A stretch of 46,596 bases of DNA, filler included, from Streblomastix strix (taxonomy: Eukaryota): assembly GCA_008636045.1 (NCBI GenBank). It is 2 parts of 2 records of this genome, joined end to end, with 100 filler letters (N's around TTAATTAATTAA, not from the genome) between each part and the next. Parts side by side here need not be neighbours in the genome. Positions count along the whole stretch, not along the records: positions 1 to 23,249 come from SNRW01000293.1; 1 more part is not named here. The stretch is one strand, 5' to 3'. The notes under the pieces are model-generated. The model searched no databases. It was given only the letters and a program-made list of their open reading frames with translations, and had not been told where the DNA came from. A program made the translations under genes and the position numbers. Below, in pieces: positions 1-15,800 of this stretch; position 1 is the first letter of the stretch, and each line of letters opens with the position of its first letter.

Positions 1-203
1 ATCCTTTATCCAAACTTCAAATTAACCAACATTTAACATACAAGATTAAACTTTACTCTAACCCAAACATCTAATATAACCAAATAATATTAAATTTTAT
101 TGAAAAAAGTGCTTAAAACCGGGAAATTTTTTAGGCCAATTCATTTCATTATTACTAATATTATTTCTTTGTCTAATAAGTATTTTAGGCTCATTCGTTG
201 CAA

Positions 204-3066
204 ATGAATCAAAATTGCAAGGTTAGCGCAGCTGGTTTCTCCATTATAGGGGATGGAAGGTATAGTTATAATTAAGATACATATGATATTAGACTTAACT
301 TTATCCCCGAGATTCCTGGAAGCTTTTATGCTGGTTTATTGAATTTTTTATTTTAACATTCTTTTTACTCCATTTTACTGAAATGCAGGAGTTTTTGATG
401 GACATGGAGGTTTGAACTTCACTGAATAAAAATCGGGTGGTGCTATTTCTAATTTCGTAAAAAAAACTCTTCCACCTATACTTGAGCATGAATTACGTTC
501 TATTCTTTTCCCGACTAAAAATCCATCTGGTACTGTTGAAGATTTGAGTAAACATGAATAGAAGAATCAAAGCAAAGATGATTCAAAAGATCAGCAAAGT
601 TATCATGAAGACAATGGTGAACTTTTTATTAATTCGAGGTATGTAGAACGAGCTATTCAAAATGCATTCCAGTAGACAACACAAGAAACCAAAAATTTCT
701 TGAAAGAGGCAGGATTATTGAACAGAGGGGCAGGTGGAACGACAGCTGTTGTTGCTTTATTGCTTCAAGACGAATTATATATAGCATCAGTAGGTATGAA
801 TTGTTTATTTGTCTTTACTATTCTAGTTTCATTATTGTACACGTTATATTATATTAATTACTTTCCTTATTATGTATTTATTTCAGGTGACTCCATTGCA
901 TTTATGTGCTTTTACACAGAGTCACAGATTTCGTATGATTGAAATAATGGATTTCTCTTTTATTTCTCTTTTATTTCTCTTTTATTTCTCTTTTATTTAT
1001 TATATATTTCTCTTTTAATTAGTACAATTCCTCTTAATCGCAAACACAACTGGTGTTGGGCTGATGAAAGTGCTCGTATTTAATAAAAGGTTGAATTTTA
1101 TTTATTAATACTAATTGAGGTAATTAACTAATTAATTTATTATACTATTTTTAGGGTGGAAATTTCCATTAGTAATAATCTGGAAGTTACTTGATAGATG
1201 AAAACGGATAAAACTGTTTGAATATGTCTCGGTCAATGGCAGATTTTGAATATGAGAGTCAAGGATTAATTCATACCCCTGATATAACAAGACATACAGT
1301 GACAAGTATACAATTGATAAGAATAAATTAATATTATTGTTAGAATATTAATTATTTATTAACTATTTTATTAATATTATTTAATATTAGAATGGCGTGA
1401 CTTTGCACTATTATTAGCTTCAGATGGAGTATCAGACATTGTTTCAACAAAAGATTGTGCGAATATTCTTGGAGATTTATATGGTCATTATGTTGAAGCT
1501 GGAGATGATGAAATTATCAAATAAGAACTTGGTTTGATTTTCTATTTAGTTTTGTTATTTATTTTATTTATTTAAACTTTTTAAAGCTGAAATCAGCGCT
1601 GAAAGTATCGTTGAATTGGCCAGACGAATCTGGGTTCAGAGTAATTAGAAACAGGATACCGATAATATCACAGCGATCTGTGTTTTTCTCTAACATTTTC
1701 AGCTCTTATAATTGGAGCCCTCTCCACCAGCGATGACCAATTCCAACAAATTCAATATATTGAAGAAGAAATAAACAGGTTTGATGTCACCACCTCCCAT
1801 TAATCATGGCTAAAATTAGTAAAAATCAAATAATTATGGATAACCAAGTACAATGACCCCAATATAACAATAATCTTCTTAGCATACTACATCTGGAACT
1901 ACTCCAACACATTAGAAGACAAGGAGAACAATTACATCTTAATCTTCAAACCCTTAACCTAATTCCTCATCTTCTTCACCTTAACTATAATAATAATAAT
2001 AATCCTAATCATCATCATCATTGAGTATTCAACCCAGTTCTCCTTCTTCAATCTCATAAAACTAATCTTCTTCTCTTATTAAAGATTAATCTTCTGCAAA
2101 TTCATTTCCTTCTTAAACAAATATTCCCAACTAAAATGCACCTGATCCTAATCCATTCTCTCCAACTCCTCCCCAGATCTGTGATTAACCTTCTTCTTCA
2201 AATTCATCATCTCCATAAAATTCTTTTTCTTTGCCTTTATTACAATCTGTTTCTTCTTAATCTTTATAATAATAGATTCAACCTTAATCTTCAAACTAAG
2301 TATCACAATAAGATAATAATATATCCGGTATAGAAACTGTTTAAGGGTAAAATAAATAGATTGATGCATAGAAAGAAATAAAGAATTAATAATAAGTAGA
2401 TGATGAGAAAGAATTACATGAAGAGATGATTTTGAATCCTTAACAATAAAAACCATAATAATAATAAGAATAATAATCTTAGTCGCTTTAGATCTTACAA
2501 AAGAACAAAGAATTATCAGTTTAAAATATTTCTGTACTTGATGGTCAACAATAAATTGGGAATATTCTTTTTGAAAGTCCGAGATTATAACAGATTAGCG
2601 AATAAATATCAAATTCTTCTTTAAGTGATAGAAACAAGATGAAGAACTAAATTCCTTTTGTTATTCCACAACCAATCCTTTCTCCAACTAATTGTGATTA
2701 GAATGTATTAATCAAAGGGGATGAGAATGATGATATATTAAATGAATAATAGTTTTCATAGAATAATAAAACATCCACTGGCTAAAGTTATTCAAATGTT
2801 AAATCAGGATAATAATAAAATAACATTTAGGATAATAAAAATAGTCCTCCAATCATTACTGAAAATTCTTTAGCGAGTGATAATTCTATGAAAAAGAATC
2901 TTAATTTTGATTTCGATGGTGATTAGGTATATATTTTTGATAGATTATTAATCGGCTGATTATTATTATATTTAACAAAAATAAATAATTTATTAATCTT
3001 AATGTCATCATTATTTTATTTATATAATTCGATCAGTTATAATCTTAGTGTGAAGATTTAAATTGA
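204..3066 (+). CDS. PP2C/PPM-family Ser/Thr protein phosphatase with long Q/S/N-rich C-terminal tail (multi-exon, TAR=Gln)
   Basis: Spliced translation gives the PP2C motifs in order: GRYSYNQD (Q=TAA), FYAGVFDGHGG (across intron ~334-388), GGTTAVVALL..LYIASVGDS, LNRKHNWCWADESARI, LNMSRSMADFEY, LLLASDGVSD, DTDNITAICV. GT-AG introns. The last exon and stop (~2958-3079) are uncertain. Confidence 0.92.
951..1016 (+). repeat. Intronic 11-bp tandem repeat (ATTTCTCTTTT) x4-5
   Basis: Directly visible in a PP2C intron. Confidence 0.75.
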
Positions 3067-3818
3067 AGATGATGATTGATTAAAAAATATAATCAGCATT
3101 AATTTTAATATATTTTCAATTTTTATTTAATCATAATACATCTTATATAATTATTTTCTAATATCAATATTTTATGCTATTAATAATGATATTAATGATA
3201 TTTCATATTTTTTTTAATTAATCATCATCATTTTTTGTTCGTTATATTTTTTGAAACTTATTTGCTTCTTGATTTTAATGTTTGCTCTATTCTCATTATT
3301 TTATTAAATCAAATTTCGCTCTTTTAATATCTTAATGGTGATTTTCATTTTATTATCCTTTTTTATCTGTTTTATCTTATTACCTTATTTTCAAGTTGAT
3401 ATATTATATCACACAACAGATAATTTCGTTAATAAACACTTTGGCAACTAATAAATACAATTTTTCATTTATTATTGAGCATTTAAACAAATTCAATCGA
3501 TTAATTAATTGTTAATATTCATAAAAAAATTATATTCAATCTCTTAAGATTTGTTTTTAATTGTTAATAAATAAAGTTGATTAATTTTATATATAACATC
3601 AATATTCATGTGGTTAAATATCTTTTTTTCACTTTATGTAATTTAATACATCAAAATGAGTAGTCCACCCTTCACTAGAAAAAATTAAAGTTAAACACAG
3701 ATTTTCTAACGAGCACCATTTTATTATATGTTAAAAAGTTTATTTATGATATTTATTATATATTTTTGATTATATATTTTGATTATTATATTTATTGTTT
3801 GTTTGTTTTATATAGAAA

Positions 3819-6800
3819 ATGATTGATGAATAAATTTTGAGCGATTTATAGCGCGATAATAGTGTTTAAAGGGAAGATTTCTTTAGAATTTCACACAATC
3901 CAATAATTTTCTAGCCAAATCATAAATTAATTAAAATATTATCAAATTAGATGTTGCCGTCAAGGTAAGAAGTTTCTTATGATAACGAAAAAATTCACAC
4001 TGGAGTCAAGTAGAAACAGGGTAATGATTTAAAAGGACTAAATATTGAAATAAAACATTTCAAATTTATATCCGCTATATATTAAGCATTGGGTCTTACT
4101 AATTGCGAATACTATAATTAGTCAACTTTATTATAATTCTCAAAATAAGAATATTTAAACAAAATCAAAAATTCATCTCCCAATGCTTTCGCTTTAGATC
4201 TTATGAAGAAATTTTAAAAATTTGAGAAAAAACGAACATCAAAAATTGACTTAAACAAAGGAGTAAAGTTTATTGAAGGAAGGATTGGGACATAATAGAA
4301 GATATATACAAGTGAGTCTAAATAGAATCCAAAATAAACAAATCCAGAATCCGCAATAAGATAAAAATCACAAAGCCCAGAATTAAATGCATAATAAATA
4401 AATATGCAATGAAACTAGCCAATTAGATAACTAAGCTCAGTTTAATCAATATATTAACGAAGAATATCACAATCTCCTCCTAAGAGATCATCTTTTGTTA
4501 TTGTTAATTAATCTTCACCAGTTTCACCAAATAAATATTAACTCTTGAATTAAATTAACAAACAAATTAGAAATGATATTGATAATAAATTAAGCATAGA
4601 AGAGAATTTTCTAATTTATTAGTAAATCAAAACTTCAAATGCACTTAATTAAGAAGCATTTTATTATTCGTAGTTCTTTAAATATTTGATTTAATTTAGG
4701 AATGCATTTAGATATTAGTAAGGTTAAAAATTATAAGAATCATAGTATAGATTTGAATAATTTGGTAATTAAGATTTAATATAAGATTTATTCTTACGTC
4801 CATTCTACATTCTCGTCCATTTTGTGAATGAATCTGGAATGGGGATTCTTCCAGGAATGTCTAAAGTGATTATGAATTATTCTCAAATAAAGGAAATAGT
4901 AGATTTTATTTTAGATGATAAAAAAGTAAGTGATAAATAACTTAACAAAATTAAGAAATAATCATTTTCAGTTAATATCCCAGAAAATATTTTATAAGAT
5001 AGCACACTTCATTTATTGTTTTGCTTTCATATATAAAGAGAAACTTTGGATTAAACTGATGATTTTAATGAAAGTTTTCGTTCTCAATCATAAAATTCTT
5101 CTAATTCTTCACAATCATAATTATAGAGTTAAATCTAATTACTTCCTTCACCATCGGAGGCATTTGCACATTCATTCTTTATGATTCACTCTTCATAAAA
5201 CAAATTAAGATAATAGGGTGAATATGAGCTACGAATATATTGTGGTCCACCTCCATTCTAAAAATAAGATAATAAATATAATATAAATGAAACAATGATG
5301 GATATCGAATGAATTGACTAAATTAATGAAATAATGAATGAAGACGGAGAAATAATTGAAATAAAGAAAGAAGAAGATAATGAAGAAGAAGAAGAAAGAA
5401 AATAAGAAGTGAATGAAAATGCAAATTTAGACAATTAGAAGGTTAATTTAAGTGCTTCTCTTACACCATTTATTCGTTCATAAGCACCTTCTCCTTCTTC
5501 AACATCAAGACTCAGTCTAAACATCAACTTGCAACATTCAACTTCTCAATAATCTTCTTAGTTACACTTTCAGAGATAACAATAATATATTAATATTAAT
5601 TCATCTCACTCACCATAAATGGGTAAACAACACTAATTAATGTAATAATAAATGTAATAATAAAAATTATTATAATAAAAATTGAAGTTAAAGTAGAAGA
5701 AGAAACATTAAACACTAAGATTGGATCTTCTTCCCTCATGTTAATTTAGATTTTGTATTTAATATATTGAACTTAGGGGTAGAAAAGTATTTGATGATGA
5801 AATTGAATAAAATGATGATATGAAAATAATCAAGTAAAATAAAAAAGGGATAGAATACAACAATAGAAATAATGAGTTTACTTATGATAAAGAAAATATT
5901 ACAAAAGAAAGTTAAAAAACTGAATTTATTCATAACTATTCAAATTTTTATAAATGTTTGACTAATGCACAACAATCATACTAAAGAATTAATGATAAAT
6001 TGAGTAAATATAAATATAACAAGAATATAGATAGTTATTATGTTAATGATGAAGATATAGAAAATGATCTTTTGAATGAAATTATTTAAGATTGTAATGA
6101 TGAATACAATTATGATGAATTGAGAATGTTTATTAATAGTCAACATCTTCAACAATTTTTCTTTGATTTATTATAAAGCAAATAAAAATAAGAAGGAAAA
6201 ATCCATTAGAAATAATAATAACTTTTTAAGGATGGTCAGCATAATAATAGTAATGTATCACAATTCATTAATAAAATAAACTATTAAGAAGCATCAGAAA
6301 ACATTTCATTATCATCACAATTATCCTCTCTTTTATACTATAATACTAATTAATAGAATAGTGTTAGTAAAATAAATAAAATAAATAATGTAAATATTGA
6401 ATACAATTTTTAGTCTATATTCCTTCCAAATTACATTTATTAGTCACCCGTTGAAGAATTAACTTAAGATCATTTTAGTGATATATACTTACCTATTGAA
6501 GTTGAATACTAATTAAATTTTGATGGTGAGAATGATAAAATGGTTGAAGATGAAAAAGTATTAAATGAGAAAAAATAATATTTTATATTAAAAATTAGGT
6601 AAAAGCATTAATAATATATTAAGATTAATAATCCTGTCGTTAGAGCATTACTTTAGTTAGATTAGAATATACAAATTGACTATTTATCATCATAATAATA
6701 TGATTAAACATATAATTATTTATTTAGTGAACTTAAATCTTTTATTAATTCATAATAATAAGATTTAATGAATGACACTATTATATATAGTATTAATACT

Positions 6801-9800
6801 AGTTAATATAATTCTATTTTGCCTCATACACTCAATTTTCTAAAATAATTATAATACATAGAAATAAATTCAATGAACAAACAATTGAGAAGAGAATTGA
6901 CTTTTATTTGTCTGAATAATGATGTTTACAACCAAGAATAATAAGATCATAGTTAAGAAGATGATAATATATGTAAGATTATTGAGCGATTATTTGATAT
7001 TATTAGAGAAGCCAAGAATAAAAAATCGAATGATAAAGAAAGAAAAGAAATAGATTTGCATTTTCCAGAAAATAAAGAATTTTAGAAAGTGAAATATAAT
7101 AATAATAAATATAACAACATGATAGATCTTGATTGGAATAAGGATGGATAAGAGAATGCAATTGTGAAGAGCAATTATAAGATAATTTTTACTTTATTAT
7201 CAAATTTGTCTTCGTATCATTTAAATATTAACAACATTTAAAATAATATAAAAACTAGTTAAGTGAATAATAACTATGAAGATGAAGATGAATAAATATT
7301 ATAATCATTCAATATTTATTAGATCTCAAATTCTTTTCTCAATATTATTTCATTTTTCAATTCATTCACTTCTTCATCTTATTCATAATATAAATAATAG
7401 TCTTTTTCTTTGTTTCCTTCTCCTTTTAATTATACTTCTTAAACACCACAATATTCATCTTCCTACTATCAATCAATTCCTTAATAGTCATATTTATTAA
7501 ATTAAAAATAACATCTTAACCTCAATAAAATTAATTCTACCCCTTCAATTATTCCTGTATAATAATAGATGTAATAATAATAATTTAACTAAGTAAGTAT
7601 TGAGTAAAAAGAAATATTTATTTAATATATTAAATAATGCATCTTGAAATTTGGTTGTTTAGTCATTATTTTGATGGAAGAAGAAGAGAAGAAAACGAGA
7701 CTTTCATAAGAAAAGAGAAAATTTAATTAATAATCCTACAATATTAAAGAATATATAATGAATACATTTTCATTTGAATTCATTACAGATATCATTGAAC
7801 ATACTTTTTGTGGAATTCTAATTATTATCAATGAAATAGAAAAAGAGAGAGAGAACGAATTGAATATGAAGAATAAGAATAAGAATAAGAATAAGAATAA
7901 GAAAGAGACAATATAACAACGAAGGGAAAATGAAAATGAAAATAAATAATAAATAAAATAATAAGACAATTTGAAAAAAACTTGATAGAATTAATCACAT
8001 TAATTAGAAATAATTCATTCAGAATAAAATATTTAATAATTTGAAATAAATAAATAAATTGATAAATAAGAATAAAAACACACAGAAAAATAATAAGTAG
8101 AAAAATAAGAATAATATTAAGAAGAATTTTTAAATAGTGAATTATAATAGGAACAACAATAAGAATAAGAATAAGAATAAGAATAAGAAAAAGAATAAGA
8201 ATAAGAATAAGAAAAAGAAAAAGAATAAGAATAAGAATAAGAATAAGAATAAAATAAAAATCAAGAATAAAATTAAGAATAAGAACACATGAATATTTCA
8301 GAATAAAAATAGAAATAAGAATAGCATATAGGAATAGAAGAACTTTGGATGGAATTTAAAGATAGCAATACTACTAATAATAATTAAATGAATTAGAATA
8401 AATAAGATGTTCAATAAAGTAATGAAATAAAAGATATATAAGAAAAAAGCCAAAATTAGACGAACTATAATTAAAATATCGCTTATAGTCATTATAATTA
8501 TTATTAAAGATATTTAATATTAAATTAGTTGATTTTTGAATTAATTCACTTTTATATTCCTGCCTCTTCTATTGTTATTAAATTATGCCTTGAATTAATT
8601 TATTAAAAAGAATAAGAGAAAGAGATGAATTATTAAAAAGAAAAGAAAGAATAATAAGATATTGAAATTAAAATGAAGTAAGGTGCGAATTAAATTTCTT
8701 TGTAGAAAAAGAAATTAGATTTTTATTTAAATTCCTATTCGTATTCATATAATTAATTTTCATCTTCTAAACCTCCTGCTTCACCAGCTTACTAATAATC
8801 TTTTAATATTTACTATATGAATAACATGAATGCTAATAATTAAAGCACTAATGAACCCATTTCTAATCTTCTTCATCACAATTCTTCAAGTCCATTAACA
8901 ACATCACCTTTATTCTATCGTTAATCTCCTTAATTGAATTCTCCCTAGTCTTTATCTCCTTTATCTACATACTCACCCTCAAACTCACATTCTTCTTCTA
9001 ATGCAACTTCATCTTCATTCAATATTTATTCTTCTATATTTTATTGGACTGGAATTGCTTACATTCATTTGTTGTTGGTAAAGAAATGTGTTGAATGCAT
9101 TGGATGGATGAAGAATACTAATAGAAGAAAAGAGGATGGGGAATAATAAGAATAAGAGAAAGATAAAGAATTTGGATAAGAAATGAATGAAATGAATTAA
9201 ATATTATAATAAGTTTCAGTTTCATCAACATCATCTATTTAATCATATTCATCAGATGTTTCCTAATTATCATCTTCTACAAATGAATAATCATCTCAAT
9301 AATTATTATTCAATCTTCTTCTTCCATCTTCAACGGTCTTATCAGTTTCTCTCATTCATTCTATTTCTCTGTTTTATAATTCCTTATAATAAATTATATA
9401 AATCAAACATCTACAGATTATAAAGAAGAATGAAAAAGAAAATAAAGAAATAAAAAAAGAAAATGAAAAATTTGGATTAAAAGGAAAATAATGGGTGAAT
9501 GTTTAACATGGAGGATCTCTAAATATTAATTAGTCAAAAACTTTATAAAAACAATAACAGTAATTATTATTATGATAGTAACATTACAAATAATAAAAAC
9601 AATACCAAAACTTCATTCACTTCTCTTTATTGAACTAGAATCTTCCATTTTACATTAAATCTCTTTTATTATTATCCTATAATTCAAATATGAATAAAAT
9701 TGCCTTAAAATTAGTTCTTGATGTATTTTATATGGGAAAGATTAATGAATAATAAGAATAAGAAGAAGTTGGAGAGAATGAAGAAATGAAATTAATTAAC

Positions 9801-12800
9801 AGAAGAAATTCCAATATTATTGATAATAATAATCACTATTAATCAATAAATAATTCAATTATTTAATAATAATATATGACAGATTAATAACAAAAACGAT
9901 TTCTATTTTAATGCAGTTTGATTCCTGTAGTTTCATCTCTTATTTGTAATGTATTAGACATAATAATTATTAATTATTTGAAATTTAGAAGAAAATTAGA
10001 AAATTTATAAGAAAATGAAAAAGGAAGATTGGAGTATTCTATTCTATATTAATCTTTAATTTAGTCAAATTCTGTTCTATATTCTTCTTCGTTTAATTTC
10101 ATCCTACATCATTTATTCTTTTATATTCTTCCTCATATTAATATAAATAATGAAAATATAATGAAAATAAATAATTAGATAATATTTTCTGCAGATGAAA
10201 TAATATTGAATAATGAAATGATGATTGTTAATGAAGGAAGAAATGAAGATGATAATGAAGAAGAAGAAAATGATAATAAAGATTAATAAATAATATAAAA
10301 CTAATAAAGAGACAATATAACTAATTTAAAACATCTTAACCCATTCATTTAACAGTAATTATCTAAATTAAAATGCACCTGATCCAAATAATCATCTTAT
10401 TATTCTCGTTAACTCACTTATATTTTCCTTATAATAATTAGATTTATTATTATTATTAATTTTATTTAATATTATAATTAAAAGATGAATTCAATGTATA
10501 AAAACGTGGAAAATAACATTTATAAATAGAAATTGAAGAATAACAGCAAAACATTAATTATTCCATAAACTCTTACATTTTGTATTATTTAATTTTTTTC
10601 AATATCGATTTAAAATTCATCTAAATAACTACAATAAAGTTAATAATAATAATAATAATAAGACAAAGAATCATAAATTATTTAATAGTCAGATTAAAAG
10701 AATTTTTAAAAATAATAATAAGAAAAATATTTGAATAATTTAATAGTTGCAGTTAATATTTTCACTTAGAATATTAAATAGAGTCTATAATTGTTTGAAT
10801 TTATTTTGAAAGGAATTAAAAATATCATCATCAATATTAACAATTATAATATTAGAGGAAAATCAATTGATGATTAATATTTTAGAATATTTTAAAGTAA
10901 TAAGTCTCATACAACTAAAATGTAAATTATTTCTTCTTTACTTAATATAGCATCATATTTCTTCTCATTTATAACATCTTAATTTTCTTCACTGCCATAA
11001 TATTAAAACAATGAATTATTCTCCATTCTCTCTGAAATCGCTTAACTTTCATTTATTTCATTTAAAAATAATACATAGACTTTAATAAACAGAATAACCA
11101 ATTAATATAATAAAGAAANNNNNNNNNNNNNNNNNNNNNNNNNNNNNNNNNNNNNNNNNNNNNNNNNNNNNNNNNNNNNNNNNNNNNNNNNNNNNNNNNN
11201 NNNNNNNNNNNNNNNNNNCTGCCATAATATTAAAACAATGAATTATTCTCCATTCTCTCTGAAATCGCTTAACTTTCATTTATTTCATTTAAAAATAATA
11301 CATAGACTTTAATAAACAGAATAACCAATTAATATAATAAAGAAAAAAATAATGATAAACCATTAATAATTAATAATAATAATCATTTAATTTTTTGCAG
11401 ACATTCTTAATAAAATTAGCTTAGTTCTTCAATTTAATAAAAAGAATTAATTAAGAAGAATTAATTTATTTCTTTATATTTATTGTAAAATATTCTAATA
11501 AAATAAAATTAAATAACTGATAGTGGTTGTGAAGAAGGATTAAGACTTTTATTGATTTATTTATGTGAACATCAAATTGACTTGTATGAAGAAAGGGTAT
11601 AGATGAATAATATTAATGAGAATGCAAGAGATGATAGTGATGAAGAAATTGGAGAAGCTTGAAATATATTTAATACTATAGAATTGGAAATGTAAATGAA
11701 AGACGAGTAGAAGAGAAAGATCACAAACAAAGATGAAATAAATATAGACATTATTGACGCAATACTATTTTAAAATAACTTACTTAGAAATAATGAAGTC
11801 AATGGATTAAATATCATATAAGAATAAGATGTAGATTATGATAATTATAATATTAAATTAATATACAGATGCTTAACATTTAATATAATAAATATAATAT
11901 ATCATAATAATTCTCTTTTAAAACTTAAAAGATAAATATTTATAGTTTTTTCGATATTTGCCAAATAAATGATTGAAAAATTAAGGAAATTGAGAGAAAA
12001 AGAAAGAAAATATATGTAAAAGAAAACAAAGATAATTAGCGGAACGATAAGAAATAAAAGAAATAAAACAATTCAAAACAAAATTATAGATAATATTAAT
12101 GAATATAAAGAATAATAACATTCAAATTCTTTTTCTTCATCATCATCACTCCAATCTAATTCATTTTCTTTGTGTTATTCATCATATTAGCAACTTCATT
12201 GCTTTCTTTATTGTATTAAAAATAAAATAAAAGTTATTTTGATTGCTGTAGTAAAATAATATCTATAAATATACAATTTGAAACATTAATAATCAGAAAA
12301 TGCTTATAACTAATAAGAAGAATAAAAATGGAAACAAATAGAACTGTTCAAATAAGATAGAGAAATTTAAAATGATTAATTTTCATTTGCATAAAAACCC
12401 AATCTCAATAATATTATCAACAATGAATTTACTTCTGTTTTTTCATTTTTATCTCTTACATGTAATTCAATTTATGCTATTTCAGAATTTATTATTTATT
12501 CATAAATATAAGAAGAAATGCAAGAATAGGAGGAAAAAGGATAAGAAAAAGAATAATTAATGGAAGAGAAGAAGAATAAATAGAATTTATCAACATCATA
12601 TTCATATCATGATTTAAAATAAAAATACATATCAAATAGTGATGAAAATATTATTAAATAAGATTAAAATAAAAATATGAATCTATTATTAGAAAATGGA
12701 AGAGATAATATATTAAGAAAGAAATAATAAATTAATAAACAATAAAATAAATAATTTTTGATAAAAAGAGAAGATGACCGAGAGAATCTTTCTTATATAA

Positions 12801-15800
12801 TATATTAACTATTACAAATAACCAATTCTATTTGTCTATTTGATTATTCTTATTTATATGTATTATCATAATTGCATTTATAATTACGGACTTTAAAGAA
12901 TGCAGGGAAAGAATTAGGATTTGTAATTCTATAGTGGATTGAGATTATAGAAAAGATTAAATAAATCGAAAACGAAAGAATAAAATAAATGATTTTGGGG
13001 AAAGAAAAAGAAAGCAATGATGAAGAAGATTTAGAATAAGAATATTAATTTAAATAAATAAGTAATTATTAATCACCAACCATTCTCCTTCCTTCTTGTT
13101 TATAATAAATTCTTTCCTAATCATTCTATTATTGTAATGTATTAATCTAACCTTTTAAAGATGATATTTAAATTATTCATTCATAATCTTAATCTTAATC
13201 AGAAAATTAGAAATAGTCCTAATCATAATTATCATCATCTCCAAATGATCCAATTCCTTCAACATATTTCTATGACCATAACGCATAGAAATAGAATCCA
13301 CCATTACCATCTTAATATTCATCTCTTCCATAATGCACATCTCTCACATTCAATTCATAGCAGTCATATTTGAATTCATTTCTCATCTAATGGAATTATT
13401 CAGAGTAATTAGTATTACAAAAAATATTTCCTCAATATTTTATAAAATAGCAATAAAATTTATAGCATGATTAATATGAATAAACTTCATAGATTTCTTA
13501 GTTATAATCCAATTCAAAATCATCATTAATTTCTTTAATTTAGACAGATTCAAATTATGATAATAACAAAAATAATATTTAATCGTAAGACAGTTAACTA
13601 TCTTCTCTCACTCAAACACTAACACCTTAAAATTATAAAAGTCTGATTCAATATTCGAATTCAGTTAAATGTCAAATAGCAAGATCACTTTTTGCGTCAG
13701 ATTTATTTCATGAAACATATTAATGGGAAAGGTATAATTAAAAGAAATATAATATTTTAATTTAAAGAAACGATATTTATTTATTTTCCTTCACTATTTA
13801 TAATTTATAATTATATTTATTATATTAAGATCATTCTGGATTATTAATCATGTTACAAATATAATAAACAAATTTGCTGTAAACAACATCGATTCATCAT
13901 CACAGACATCAATAATATAATAATCTTCATTATCTTAGGCCCAATCTCAATTTATTTCACAAATATGCCAATAAATGACTTCATGGAATAATATTTGTTT
14001 AAATTAATCATCATAACTGTTCTTATTTTCTTCTTAAAACCCTTTTCACTAATCTTTCTTTTATGTATCAATAATGAAAAATAATAGAAAAATTTAAAAT
14101 AAAAACAATAAATAATAATAAAATTCATATCAAGATGATGAAAATGAAGAAAATTATGAATAAAACAAAAAGAATATATCATAATAAGAATGTTAATAAC
14201 AGAGAGCGAAATTTTTATAATAAAATTTTATAGAACAATTGGATGAATATATTTATGTTGCATTACCTTATGAATCAATATTTGATTTTAAAAGAAAGAT
14301 TGAAAATAGATATTAATTATCTTAGTTAAATTTTAATTACGATAAAAAACAGGACTAAACAAAAAATCATAAAAATATTGATGAATATGAAAATTAAAAT
14401 GAGGAAGATATTTTTACGCAAAGAAAATAAAATGATTTATAATTAAAAAGTTATAAAAATACATTAACTTATTAGTTTTAATTATATTTGAAAGATGATC
14501 ATACGAATGACTATTAAAGAATTAGTATTATTACTTCAAATGAATAATATGATACAAATTCAGATATTATTATATATATAAATCAAGGTATTTATTTTTT
14601 ATTATTTGTTTAATAATTGTTTAATTTCTTATTATTTTCAATTCAGCATATCCTTTGTCTGAAATCTAATATTAATATAATATTAAAAATAACAATCTTT
14701 CATCAGAACATCAATTTTTTGTTATATATGAAATTACACAATGCAATTGTGGATGCATATTAGCATCATAATAATAATCATAATAATCTAATACTATTCG
14801 ATAGCTTTAAAATATATTAACAAATTCTTAATCTAATCAGAGAGAATAAGGTAAAATTAAATTGAATAAACATGAAAAAATGGGATAATGTATGAATTTC
14901 AATAATCCTGTTAGACATGTACTCCTCAAAACTGAAGTTCTACTTCCAGGCCCTGTATTAAAATGCAAATGCGTTAGAATTAATGATGATATTATACAGC
15001 ATAATTCATAAATTAATGAATTTTGCTCCACAGTTATAGCAAATATAGAATGGACTTTAATATAGAAGAAAAAAATAGATTCTACAATTAATCTTGTAAG
15101 TAAAGTAATTGAAGAATAAAATAAATAATAATTATTTAATTAATAATTTTTGACTTAAAAAACTAAACCAACAATAATTGCTAATTAAAATTAATAAATC
15201 GTTAATGAGTTTGAAAATCCAAATAATAAAGCCGAAGAAAAAAGAAAAGAAAAAAATTTAAACTATGTGATTTTTAATGATTAATAATTAATTTCAGAAT
15301 AGAACAAAGCTTATAATGCTAGATTAAGTGTAAAAATTAATTCAAAGGTTTTAAATAGCACTGATGAATCGTTGAAAAGTGTAATGTCAAGTGGAAGAAA
15401 TAATTTAGGTACAAATATATAGGAATAATCATAATAATAATCATAATAATAATAATCTCTTTCTAATAATAAATTTAATTTGGGGTCTTGTTTGGATAAT
15501 GGAACCATTAATTTAATAATGTTACTATAGGTGACTATAGAAGATGTACTTTTTGGTGAATTAAAAACAAATGCTGATTCTTTTACATAAAATGTTGTTG
15601 GGTTATCAAAAATAAGATCAATTTTAACGAATGAATTATTCTTGCATAAAGAAAGATGTGAACTATTTAATAAGAAAAGAGAAGAAAGGTTTGATTGAAG
15701 AATATTTTACACATAATAACTTTATTATTTTTATTTTTTATTCTTAGATACAATGATGAACTTAAGAAATAGTTTAATTAGAAATAGAACATTCACAAAC

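Noticed and set aside
3656..3815. ATG at 3656 as the DOCK start
   Set aside because: Neither GT donor (3730, 3738) joins in phase with the long frame after the acceptor at 3815. It may be a uORF or 5'UTR exon, so the start was provisionally set at 3819.
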